Assembly (NCBI GenBank): GCA_964250755.1
Contig: CAXUHB010000001.1
Location: 169,136 to 233,135 of the forward strand
Origin: an uncultured Acetobacteraceae bacterium
GTDB taxonomy: Bacteria > Pseudomonadota > Alphaproteobacteria > Acetobacterales > Acetobacteraceae
Length of the DNA: 64,000 nt
Direction of reading: 5' to 3'
Position numbers and translations under genes: made by a program. Below the pieces are notes generated by a model that saw only the letters and a list, made by a program, of their open reading frames with translations, made no database searches and was not told the origin of the DNA. Positions 31,428 through 40,147 of the stretch are shown in pieces (the stretch's first letter is position 1; every line of letters starts with the position of its first letter).

Positions 31428-32573
31428 TCAACCCTCCAACGCCCTGGGCGGCCTTGCCCGCAGCAGCCCGAGCAGCGCGTCCATTCCCTCGGCCCCAGCG
31501 TGCAGGTCCACGCGTTCCACCTTCTCCATCAGACGCTCCAGGGTCTCCAGCTCTTTCAGGCGCAGCAGCGTCGGGTTGTCGTCCATCAGGCGTGCGGTGT
31601 TCAGCGCGGAGCGGGTGGCGGCCGTTTCCTCCCGGCGGCGGATCAGGTTGGCCTGGGCGGCCTTCTCTGCCTCCACCACGCGGTTCAGCAGGGCGCGCAT
31701 GTCGCCGGGCAGGATGAGGTCGCGCATGTTCACGCTTTCGACGTGCAGGCCCGGCACGTCCAACCCGGCGCGCACGCCCGCCAGCAGCTCGTCGTCCAGC
31801 GTGGCGCGGGCATCCAGCGCCTCGTCCAGCGTGCGTCCGGCCAGGGCGCCGCGGATGGCGAACTGCACCAGGCGGTGCAGGGCGGAGGTATGGTCCGCCG
31901 TCGCGCCGACCAGCGCCCCCGGGTCGGTGACGCGGTAAAAGCAGGTCAGGGTGATGCGGACGCTTACCCGGTCGCGGGTCAGCAGCTCCTGCGCGGTGAT
32001 TTCCAGCGACTGGATGCGTAGGTCCATGCGCCGGACCTCCACGGTGTGCAGCAGGGTCCAGAACACGTAGGCCCCCGCGGGCAGGGTCTCCCGCAGCGCG
32101 CCGTCCACGAACAGCAGCGCCGCCTCGTACGGATGCACCAGGGCGCGGGTCGTCATGGCGGGGGTCTGCCGCTCGGCCACCGCCCAGTGCCGAGGCGCGG
32201 CCAGCAGCGTGGTGCGAAGGTCCACCCGCTCGACCTCGACGGCGCCGGCGGCGCGCAGGAACATCCGGCGCGTGCCGGGGCGCACGACCGTGACTGGGAC
32301 GCCATCGGCGAATACCACCGCGGCCTCCTCCGCGCCGCAGCCGACGATCACGAACAGCGCCTCCGCCGCCGCGGGGTCGGCGACTGCGACCGCGGCGGCG
32401 GTCATCAAGTGGGACGCATCCAGCTCAGGCACCGTGAGGGGCAGGATGCGGACGGCGATGTCGGCGAACAGGGTCCAGAACCTGTGCCGGCCCGGCTCCA
32501 GCACCCGCACGAACCGACCGTCGCGGAACAGCAAACCGCGCTGGGCTTCGGAGATGCGGACGGTCTTGAACAC
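31428..32573 (-). CDS. SPFH/band-7 (slipin-like) protein with duplicated N-terminal region
   Basis: 381 aa; C-terminal band-7 core plus coiled coil (EAEKAAQANLIRRREETAAT); convergent with the M32 gene. Confidence 0.65.
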   Translation of the reverse strand: MFKTVRISEAQRGLLFRDGRFVRVLEPGRHRFWTLFADIAVRILPLTVPELDASHLMTAAAVAVADPAAAEALFVIVGCGAEEAAVVFADGVPVTVVRPGTRRMFLRAAGAVEVERVDLRTTLLAAPRHWAVAERQTPAMTTRALVHPYEAALLFVDGALRETLPAGAYVFWTLLHTVEVRRMDLRIQSLEITAQELLTRDRVSVRITLTCFYRVTDPGALVGATADHTSALHRLVQFAIRGALAGRTLDEALDARATLDDELLAGVRAGLDVPGLHVESVNMRDLILPGDMRALLNRVVEAEKAAQANLIRRREETAATRSALNTARLMDDNPTLLRLKELETLERLMEKVERVDLHAGAEGMDALLGLLRARPPRALEG

Positions 32574-32966
32574 GGGAACGCTCCAGGATTGAGAAAAGGC
32601 GGGACCTGGCCGGCAATCCCCACGGTCGGCAGACGGGCCGCCCCGTGCGCCGCGCGGTTGTGTCCCGGCAGCGCGCCCGCCAGGGCGGACGGCCTTGGGC
32701 CATGCTCACGCAACGCGGCCAGGGCCGCGCAAAGCCTGCCGCCCGATGCCGCCGCGGTGGCTGGACGGCCCGCCAGGCCCCACCCCGCTTCAAGGGCAGT
32801 CAACCTCAACAGGTTCGAAGGGTGTGAGCCTTCTAATGGGCGGACCGGCCCGGGAACATGCTGCCGGCAGCGCCGCGCACGCCCGTGCGGGAACGGGACA
32901 CGCTATGGACGGAACCGCCCGGCGCACGACTACCAGCCGCCGCGCCGGGCAGCAATCGCCGTGCTG

Positions 32967-33929
32967 CTACGCCCGCGGCGTGCGGCGGAACAGCTTGGCG
33001 AAGGCGGCGCCCAGGCCGAGCACGGCCACGACGCCCAGCTTGGCGAACTTCAGCAGGAATGCCCCGGCCAGCGCCAGGAAGCCCAGCTTCTTGGCTGCCG
33101 CCACGCCGATCAGCCCGGCCAAGCCGACCGCGGCCAGCTTGTCGGTGCCCGGGTTGTAGTCCTCGTAGCGCTTGCCGTCGGCGTAGTGCAGCCCGGCCAC
33201 TGCCGGGGCCGCCTCCGCCCTGTCCTGCGCCAGCCGGTCGCTGCTGCTCAGCAGGTTGACGCTGAAGTAGCCTTCGCGTCCCAGGATACGGGTGTTGAAG
33301 TTCAGCCCGCTGTCATCGCCGTCCGACATGCGGTAGCCCAGCGCCCAGGTCAGCCGCCGAGCCGCCTTGTCGTAGGCCGGCGGCTGCGACCAGCCGGTCA
33401 GCTCCATCTCCGGAAAGCCCCGGCGCACGCGGTCCTTGTTACCCTCGGCAACACCCTCCTTCAAGGCGCTCAGCAGGGCGGCGGCGTCCAGTTCGTCCGC
33501 TTCGCTGTCCGACACGTGGCCGCCGCCATCGTAGCTGACGACGGCGAACCATGGGCTGGTGTCCGCCAGCGGGTTGATGATCCCCACCAAGTTCGGCCCC
33601 GGCGTGTTTCCGCCGGCCCGCAGCGCCCGCATCGCGGCGTCACGCGGGATGAACTCCATGCCGCCCGGCAGATCCAGCGTCGCCTGCCCGGACAGCGGCA
33701 CCATGGCCGGGCCTTGCGTCGCCAACTCGTGCGCGGCCATCCAGGCGGCGCGCTGCTCCGTCTCCCGCTCCTGCTGCGTCATCGGTGCCGCACGGACCGG
33801 GCCGGACTGGGGTTGCGCCATCGTGGGCAGGGCACCCAGCAACGGCAGCAGCAGCGCGCTGGCCAGCGCCAGCGTGCGCCCCAGCCTTGCGGGCAACCTG
33901 GTTCCGATCCCGTCCGATGCCTGTCCCAT
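32967..33929 (-). CDS. secreted/membrane-anchored hypothetical protein (DUF2167-like)
   Basis: Signal peptide, 320 aa, C-terminal amphipathic Lys/Ala/Gly-rich tail (AAAKKLGFLALAGAFLLKFAKLGVVAVLGLGAAFAKLF); strong GC3 bias. Confidence 0.45.
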   Translation of the reverse strand: MGQASDGIGTRLPARLGRTLALASALLLPLLGALPTMAQPQSGPVRAAPMTQQERETEQRAAWMAAHELATQGPAMVPLSGQATLDLPGGMEFIPRDAAMRALRAGGNTPGPNLVGIINPLADTSPWFAVVSYDGGGHVSDSEADELDAAALLSALKEGVAEGNKDRVRRGFPEMELTGWSQPPAYDKAARRLTWALGYRMSDGDDSGLNFNTRILGREGYFSVNLLSSSDRLAQDRAEAAPAVAGLHYADGKRYEDYNPGTDKLAAVGLAGLIGVAAAKKLGFLALAGAFLLKFAKLGVVAVLGLGAAFAKLFRRTPRA

Positions 33930-34035
33930 GCCATCCTCACCTGGTTAGTCCCATCCAAACGCGGATGGCTCTGGCGTGTTCACGCCTACAACACTGTGCG
34001 CCCAGCTTGCATTCTTTCCACTTGCGTCCTGGCCG

Positions 34036-34473
34036 TCACTGCCGCGAGCGGCGCTTCGCGTCCTCCCACAGGCCGCGGTAGTCGTAGGTCGGGTAGAACT
34101 CGGTGCGGTAGCCGCCCCAGGCCGCGCCTTCGATGATGCGGTTCACGTCGCGCAGGCGTTCGGCGGGGACGCGCAGGGTCACGACCTGGCCGACGCCCAT
34201 CATCACGTACCAGGACACGATCTCGATTCCCGCCCCGGGGAACTTCTCGTACCAGCCTGTGGCCTTCAGGTGCGCGTTGATCTCGTCCACCGTCTTGCTC
34301 TGGTCGTGGCGCAGGAACACCGTCAGCAGGAAGGTGCCCGGCACCGCCTCCGCCTCCGACGGCACCGCCGCGGGTACTGCAGGCGGGGGCACTGCGGGCG
34401 CGGGTGGGGCAGGGGCCGGCTGGGCCAGGACCGGGCCGGCCAGCAGCACTCCAAGCAACACCGACCCGCGCAT
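34036..34473 (-). CDS. secreted hypothetical protein (Pro-rich N-terminus)
   Basis: Signal peptide MRGSVLLGVLLAGPVLAQP then PAPAPPAP linker and a roughly 100 aa domain; coding-like GC3 bias. Confidence 0.4.
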   Translation of the reverse strand: MRGSVLLGVLLAGPVLAQPAPAPPAPAVPPPAVPAAVPSEAEAVPGTFLLTVFLRHDQSKTVDEINAHLKATGWYEKFPGAGIEIVSWYVMMGVGQVVTLRVPAERLRDVNRIIEGAAWGGYRTEFYPTYDYRGLWEDAKRRSRQ

Positions 34474-34589
34474 CCCATCCTCCATCCAACTGCGCCATCC
34501 GCGGCGCCACGCGGAGCCTAGCCGTGTCCGGGGGAAACCTGCTAGGCACCCCGCGAAATCCAGGAGCGCGTGACGTGGCCGATCCCAAG

Positions 34590-34874
34590 ATGACCAGCAT
34601 CGAGCTTGACCCGACCGAGGTCGCCCTTGTGATCGGGGAGGACGGCGGCAGCATGACCATCCGCGTCGTCGCCGCGACAGAGGTGGCGGATGGCGCCACC
34701 GAGGTGCCCGAGCCGCACGAGATCGCCATCGCCCTGGCCATGCGCCTGCTGAAGGACCCCGAGTTCCACGACAGCGTGCTGGACTGGTACGACAGCCAGG
34801 ACGAGGAGGATGACGAGGACGAAGAGGAGGAGCTGGACGGCAAGCCCGGCGAGCCGGCCAAGCCCAAGGCGTAG
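34590..34874 (+). CDS. hypothetical acidic protein (94 aa, DE-rich C-terminus)
   Basis: ATG at 34590 inside ORF 34404..34874; GC3 bias; poly-acidic tail DSQDEEDDEDEEEELDGKPGEPAKPKA. Confidence 0.4.
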   Translation: MTSIELDPTEVALVIGEDGGSMTIRVVAATEVADGATEVPEPHEIAIALAMRLLKDPEFHDSVLDWYDSQDEEDDEDEEEELDGKPGEPAKPKA

Positions 34875-34877
34875 GCG

Positions 34878-35058
34878 CTTCGCTTCCCTCTCCCTCCGGG
34901 AGAGGGCCGGGGCGAGGAAGGCCCAGCAGCGTCGCCCCCTGCCAAAGAAAGCACCCCGCCGCTGAAACAGGGCGGATCGTCCTGCAAGATTGCCCTCACC
35001 CCAACCCTCTCCCGGAGGAGAGGGAGCAGCCACCCTTGGCCCCTGCCCTCGCCCCGCC
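34878..35058. repeat. REP-like palindromic doublet, copy A (inverted 40-bp units around a 75-bp spacer)
   Basis: ttccctctccctccgggagagggccggggcgagg ... ccctcaccccaaccctctcccggaggagagggagcagcc; each unit is an 8-bp perfect stem cctctccc/gggagagg; ends 14 nt before the thrC start. Confidence 0.75.
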
Positions 35059-35071
35059 TAGTGTGCCCGCC

Positions 35072-36469
35072 ATGCAATACATCTCCACTCGCGGGCAGGC
35101 TCCCGTGCAGGACTTTGCCGGCGTGCTGCTGGCCGGGCTGGCGGAGGACGGCGGGCTGTATGTGCCCGATGCCTGGCCGCACCTGTCGCACGCCGACCTT
35201 CGCGCCTTGCGCGGCCTGCCCTATCACGAGTTGGCGGCCCGCGTGCTGCACTCCTTCGTGGGCGCCAGCATCCCGTCGGACGTGCTGGCCGGCATGTGCC
35301 ATGATGCCTACGCCACCTTCCGCCACCCGGCCGTGGTGCCCCTCGTGCAACTCGACACCGACCTATGGACGCAGGAGCTGTTCCACGGCCCGACGCTCGC
35401 CTTCAAGGACGTCGCGATGCAGCTCCTGGGGCGCATGTTCGACTGGGTGCTGGAGCATGAGGGCAAGCGCGTCACCATCATCGGCGCCACCTCCGGCGAC
35501 ACCGGCTCGGCTGCCATCGAGGCCTGCCGGGACCGCAGCAGGGTGGACATGGTGATCCTGCATCCCGAGGGCCGTACCAGCGAGGTGCAGCGCCGGCAGA
35601 TGACCACCGTCCGCGCGCCCAACATCGCCAACGTCGCCGTGGACGGCACCTTCGACGACTGCCAGGACCTGGTGAAGGCGATGTTCGCGGACGCCCCGTT
35701 CCGGCGCGACATGCGGCTGTCCGCCGTCAACAGCATCAACTGGGGGCGCATCGCCGCCCAGATCCCCTATTACGTTTATGCTGCCCTGGCCCTGGGCGCG
35801 CCGGAGCGGGAGGTCGCGTTCAGCGTTCCCACCGGCAACTTCGGCAACGTCCTCGCTGCCTGGGCGGCCCGGCGCATGGGCGTGCCCATTGCCCGCCTGG
35901 TGGTGGCCAGCAACCGCAACGACATCCTGGCTCGTTTTCTGAACGGGAACGACATGAGCATACGCGGGGTGGAACCCAGCCTGTCCCCCAGCATGGACAT
36001 CCAGGTCAGCAGCAACTTCGAGCGCCTGCTGTTCGAGCTGCTGGACCGCGACCCCGCGGCCACTGCCGCGACCATGCTGGACTTCCGCCGCACCGGACGC
36101 ATGGCGGTGCCCGACGCCGCCTGGACCCGCGCCCGCACCCTGATGCACGGCTACCGCCTGGACGATGCGGGGACCGAGGCCGAGATCAGGCGCCTGCATG
36201 CCCAGGGCTACCTGGCCGACCCGCACACCGCCATCGGCATCGCCGCCGCCCGCGCGCATCCCTGCCGGCACCTGCCCATCGTCGCCGCCGCCACCGCGCA
36301 TCCGGCCAAGTTCCCGGACGCCATGGAGCGCGCCACCGGCCTGCGCCCGCCCCTGCCGCCGGGGCTGGCCGACCTATATGAGCGCGAAGAACGCTACACT
36401 CGCGCGCCCAACGACCTCGATGCCATCAAGGCCCAGGTCCGCGCCTTCAGCCACAGGAACGCCGCATGA
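35072..36469 (+). CDS. thrC: threonine synthase
   Basis: MQYISTRGQAP... N-terminus, PLP-lysine region, 465 aa; ATG at 35072 (the upstream extension is repeat-derived). Confidence 0.9.
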   Translation: MQYISTRGQAPVQDFAGVLLAGLAEDGGLYVPDAWPHLSHADLRALRGLPYHELAARVLHSFVGASIPSDVLAGMCHDAYATFRHPAVVPLVQLDTDLWTQELFHGPTLAFKDVAMQLLGRMFDWVLEHEGKRVTIIGATSGDTGSAAIEACRDRSRVDMVILHPEGRTSEVQRRQMTTVRAPNIANVAVDGTFDDCQDLVKAMFADAPFRRDMRLSAVNSINWGRIAAQIPYYVYAALALGAPEREVAFSVPTGNFGNVLAAWAARRMGVPIARLVVASNRNDILARFLNGNDMSIRGVEPSLSPSMDIQVSSNFERLLFELLDRDPAATAATMLDFRRTGRMAVPDAAWTRARTLMHGYRLDDAGTEAEIRRLHAQGYLADPHTAIGIAAARAHPCRHLPIVAAATAHPAKFPDAMERATGLRPPLPPGLADLYEREERYTRAPNDLDAIKAQVRAFSHRNAA

Positions 36470-37749
36470 GCGACAACGCCAACTCCACCGGGGACATCCA
36501 GGTCACGCGGCTGCCCAACGGCCTGACGGTTGTCACCGAGACGATGGACCGGGTCGAGACCGTCTCCTTCGGCGCCTACGTCGCTGCAGGCACCCGCAAC
36601 GAGACCAAGCCGGAGAACGGCGCCTCCCACTTCCTGGAGCACATGGCCTTCAAGGGCACAGCCCGCCGCAGCGCGTCGCAGATTGCGGAGGAGGTCGAGA
36701 ACGTCGGCGGACTCATCAACGCCTACACCGCCCGGGAGCAGACGGCCTACTACATCAAGCTGCTCAAGGAGGACCTGGCGCTGGGCGCCGACATCATCGG
36801 CGACATCCTGACCCACAGCACCTTCGCGCCGGAGGAATTGGAGCGCGAGCGCGGCGTGATCCTGCAGGAGATCGGTCAGGCCAACGACACCCCGGACGAC
36901 ATCATCTTCGACCGCTTCCAGGAAACCGCCTACCCCGACCAGCCGATGGGGCGCCCGACCCTGGGCACCGAGCGGGGCATCAAGTCCATGAAGCGCGCGG
37001 CGCTGACCGGCTACATGCGCCGCAACTACGCCGCCGGGAACATCGTGGTTGCCGCCGCCGGGGCGTTGCAGCACGACACGGTGGTGGACCTTGCGCGCCA
37101 GCACTTCGCCGACCTGCCCGCCGCCATGCCGCCGCCCGTTGCCCGCGGCGACTATGCCGGCGGCGAGTTCCGCGAAGGCCGCGACCTCGACCAGGTCCAC
37201 ATCGTCCTGGGCTTCCCCGCCGTCGGCTACGACGACCCCGACTACTACCCGGCGCTGCTGCTCAGCACCCTGCTCGGCGGCGGCATGTCCTCCCGCCTGT
37301 TCCAGGAAATCCGGGAGAAGCGGGGACTGGTTTACTCCGTGTATTCCTTCTCCGCCCCCTTCCTGGATGGCGGCCTGTTCGGCATCTACGCCGGCACCGG
37401 CGAGAAGGAGGCCGCGGAGCTGATGCCCGTGACCCTGGAGGAGCTTCGCAAGGTGCAGCTCGGCGTCACCGAGGACGAACTGCACCGCGCCCGCGCCCAG
37501 GTGAAGGCGGGCCTGCTGATGTCCCTGGAAAGCACCGGCAGCCGCTGCGAGAGCCTGGCCCGGCAGATGCAGGTGTTCGGCCGCACCATCCCCACCGCCG
37601 AGACCGTCGCCAAGCTGATGGCAGTTGATGCCGACGCGGTCTGCCGCGCCGCCGCCCGCATCTTCCGCGGCCGCCCGACGCTGGCCGCGATGGGACCGGC
37701 CGACAAGGTTCCGCACCTTCCGGCCATCGCGGAACTGCTGGCGGCCTGA
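36466..37749 (+). CDS. M16-family zinc peptidase (pitrilysin/MPP-like)
   Basis: Inverted zinc motif HFLEHMAFKGT ... E; 427 aa; ATGA overlap with thrC. Confidence 0.85.
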   Translation: MSDNANSTGDIQVTRLPNGLTVVTETMDRVETVSFGAYVAAGTRNETKPENGASHFLEHMAFKGTARRSASQIAEEVENVGGLINAYTAREQTAYYIKLLKEDLALGADIIGDILTHSTFAPEELERERGVILQEIGQANDTPDDIIFDRFQETAYPDQPMGRPTLGTERGIKSMKRAALTGYMRRNYAAGNIVVAAAGALQHDTVVDLARQHFADLPAAMPPPVARGDYAGGEFREGRDLDQVHIVLGFPAVGYDDPDYYPALLLSTLLGGGMSSRLFQEIREKRGLVYSVYSFSAPFLDGGLFGIYAGTGEKEAAELMPVTLEELRKVQLGVTEDELHRARAQVKAGLLMSLESTGSRCESLARQMQVFGRTIPTAETVAKLMAVDADAVCRAAARIFRGRPTLAAMGPADKVPHLPAIAELLAA

Positions 37750-37750
37750 G

Positions 37751-37766
37751 CCGCCCGGGTGGGCGG
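37751..37766. terminator. GC-rich hairpin between convergent M16 peptidase and pqiC genes
   Basis: ccgccc-gggt-gggcgg perfect 6-bp stem immediately after the M16 stop; no strong T-run. Confidence 0.3.
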
Positions 37767-37817
37767 TTCCTCCAGGATTTGCCGACCGTGCGGCCCGGGG
37801 AGGAGGACCTTGGCCTG

Positions 37818-38423
37818 CTAGGTCCGCGCCTGGGCGGGCAGACTGCGGAGCATGGTGGCGACCGCGTCCGCCAAGCCGCCCAATGTCGTGCTCATGGCGG
37901 CCACTAGGTCGCGCGTTGCCGGGCTGGCCGGGCGCAACGATTGCCGGACAGTGCGGGTGGATGCTGCAGCTCCACGCCCGCGGGATACGGCGACCTGGGC
38001 CAGGAGGACTACATTTCCCGAAACGTCGGCGTCGAAGCGCTGCACGTCCAACTCGACCCGTGCATCCGGCTGCGCGCTGATGCCACCTGCGGAGGTGAAG
38101 ACGCTGCTGCCGGGCATGCGCTGGCTGAGGTTCTCGGCGAGGATGCGCCCGATCAGGTCGCCCAGCGGCTCTCCCCAGCGCTCGGTACCGGCGACGCGAA
38201 GCTGGTAGGCGCTGTCGGCCCGCACGATGCCGGGACGGTCCAGATAGCCGGCGAGGCCCGGGCGCTGCAGTTCGATCAGCTTCGGCCCGCCCGGCGCGGG
38301 CTGGCCGGGCACAGCGGCAAGGGTGAAGTAGGTTGGCTCCGGCGACGTGCAGCCGGACAGCGGCAACCCAAATGCCGCCAGGCCAAGCGGCGCCAGGCCC
38401 GTCAACACCGTCCGCCGCTTCAT
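37818..38423 (-). CDS. pqiC: PqiC-like ABC-transport auxiliary lipoprotein (DUF330)
   Basis: Lipobox LSGC; DUF330-like body; overlaps pqiB stop. Confidence 0.7.
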   Translation of the reverse strand: MKRRTVLTGLAPLGLAAFGLPLSGCTSPEPTYFTLAAVPGQPAPGGPKLIELQRPGLAGYLDRPGIVRADSAYQLRVAGTERWGEPLGDLIGRILAENLSQRMPGSSVFTSAGGISAQPDARVELDVQRFDADVSGNVVLLAQVAVSRGRGAAASTRTVRQSLRPASPATRDLVAAMSTTLGGLADAVATMLRSLPAQART

Positions 38424-38434
38424 GGGTCCTGCCT

Positions 38435-40147
38435 TCACTTGTCGGCTACGCCTGCGCGCCCGCGCACCAGGGCTTCGGGGTGGCGGTCCAGGAAATCGGC
38501 TAGGATGCGCACGGAGCGGGCGGTGTCGCCCACCTGCGTCATCGCCCGCGCCAACTCCCGGTTGAATTGCGAGTTGGCGCCGTAGCTGTCGGTCAGCGAC
38601 CCGAAGGTGCGCCCGGCCTTCGCGGCGGCATCCTGCAGCGAGGCTGTGAGCGCCGGCAGCGACTTGAACAGCGGGGAAAGGCCGGTGTCCGCGCGCTTCA
38701 CCAAACCATCCACGCTGGACATTGCCGCCGACGCCGAGCGCAGGGTGTTGTTCAAGTTCTGGCCGATCTGCTCCAGCGGCAGCCGGTCCAGCTTGCCGGC
38801 CATGTCGCTGACAGCTTGCAGGATGTTGTCCAGTCCGCCGCCGGTGCTGGGCAGGATGTAGTCGCCGCCGACCTCCACCAAGTCCATCGGCGGCGCATTC
38901 TGCACGAAGCCGAGGGACAGCACTTGCTGGCCGGTCAGGTAGTTGGCGGTCTGCAACTGCGTCCGCATGCCGCGCTGGACCAGCCGGCGGGCGACGTCCA
39001 GCGGCTTGTCGGCTGCTACGGCATTCGTGCCGAGCACCCGCTCGGGCTGTATCTGCAAGGCGACGCGCACCCGCACGCCGCCGGTAGCCGCGTCTATCTC
39101 CAGCTTGACCTCGGATACGGTACCGACCTGGATGCCGTAGAACTCCACCGGCGCCCCGGCGGCCAGGCCGCGCACCGAACTCTCGAAGTAGGTGACAAAG
39201 GCTTGCGAGGTCGTGAAGCCGGAGGCTTGGGCCTCATCGTAGTTGCGATACAGCGGGAACTCGGTGTCGGGCACGGCTGCGGTTGACTGATCGCTGGCCT
39301 GCGGCGTGTCGAAGGCGACGCCGCCGGACAGCAGCGCCTGCAGGCTGGCGACCTCGACGTGTAAGCCTTGAGCGCCGGCTTGCACCGATAGGCCCGAGGC
39401 GTTCCAGAAGTGCGACTTGCCGCGCACGAAGCCGTCGTAGGGGGCGCGTACGAAGATATGCACCAATACCGGCCCGCTGCCGTCGCCGATGTCGGACCCC
39501 AGCACTTCGCCAACGGTGATGTCGCGCCAGAACACGGGTGCGCCGGCCGTCAGCGACCCGATGCGGACGGCGCGCAGGACGTAGGTGCGGCCCGGCTCTC
39601 CGTTGCGGACGCCGGGCGGCTGCTCCAGCCCGGTGTATTGCAGCTTCTGATCGCCGTCGCGGCCGCCGGGGTCCATTTCGATGTAGCCGCCGGACACCAG
39701 GGTCTCGATCCCTGCCAGGCTGCCGCTGCTGATGCGGGGGCGGACGACCCAGAAGCGCGTGCCCTCGGTCAGGAAGGGCAGGGCGGCGCGCTGCATGCGG
39801 ACGCGGACGACCACGCGTTGCAGGTCGTCGCTGAGGCGTATGCCCTCCACCAGGCCCAACTGCACCGCTTTGTGGCGCACCTGTGTTTGCCCGGCGGTCA
39901 GCCCGTCCGCAGTGCGGAACGTCAGCTCGACAATCGGACCCTCCTCCTTGACCGTGCGGTAGCCGAGCCAACCCGCGATGCAGAGTGCGATGAGCGGGAT
40001 GATCCACACCGGGGAGACGCGGCTGCGCCGGACGTTTGCGGCCGGGGCGGGCTGGGCGTAGCCCGGCGCGCGCCGGACCTTCGGGCGGATGTCGGAGCCG
40101 GGTTGGGCCGAATCCGGGGCTGGCGCGGGATCGGGCGCGTCGTTCAT
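38435..40147 (-). CDS. pqiB: PqiB-like multi-MCE-domain protein (intermembrane transport)
   Basis: N-terminal TM (VWIIPLIALCIAGWL) followed by three MCE domains and a C-terminal helical region; ATGA overlap with pqiA. Confidence 0.85.
   Translation of the reverse strand: MNDAPDPAPAPDSAQPGSDIRPKVRRAPGYAQPAPAANVRRSRVSPVWIIPLIALCIAGWLGYRTVKEEGPIVELTFRTADGLTAGQTQVRHKAVQLGLVEGIRLSDDLQRVVVRVRMQRAALPFLTEGTRFWVVRPRISSGSLAGIETLVSGGYIEMDPGGRDGDQKLQYTGLEQPPGVRNGEPGRTYVLRAVRIGSLTAGAPVFWRDITVGEVLGSDIGDGSGPVLVHIFVRAPYDGFVRGKSHFWNASGLSVQAGAQGLHVEVASLQALLSGGVAFDTPQASDQSTAAVPDTEFPLYRNYDEAQASGFTTSQAFVTYFESSVRGLAAGAPVEFYGIQVGTVSEVKLEIDAATGGVRVRVALQIQPERVLGTNAVAADKPLDVARRLVQRGMRTQLQTANYLTGQQVLSLGFVQNAPPMDLVEVGGDYILPSTGGGLDNILQAVSDMAGKLDRLPLEQIGQNLNNTLRSASAAMSSVDGLVKRADTGLSPLFKSLPALTASLQDAAAKAGRTFGSLTDSYGANSQFNRELARAMTQVGDTARSVRILADFLDRHPEALVRGRAGVADK

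Noticed and set aside
32046-34136. 696-aa plus-strand ORF spanning the SPFH and DUF2167-like gene region
   Set aside because: No domain signal, extreme Arg/Pro/Gly content, overlaps well-supported minus-strand genes
34878-35058. Possibility that the repeated elements form a CRISPR array
   Set aside because: Units are palindromic, occur as inverted pairs at dispersed loci, have no regular direct-repeat/spacer periodicity, and no cas genes are present
35036-35071. N-terminal extension MAPALAPPSVPA of the thrC ORF
   Set aside because: Derived from the adjacent repeat element; the conserved threonine synthase N-terminus begins at MQYISTRG (35072)
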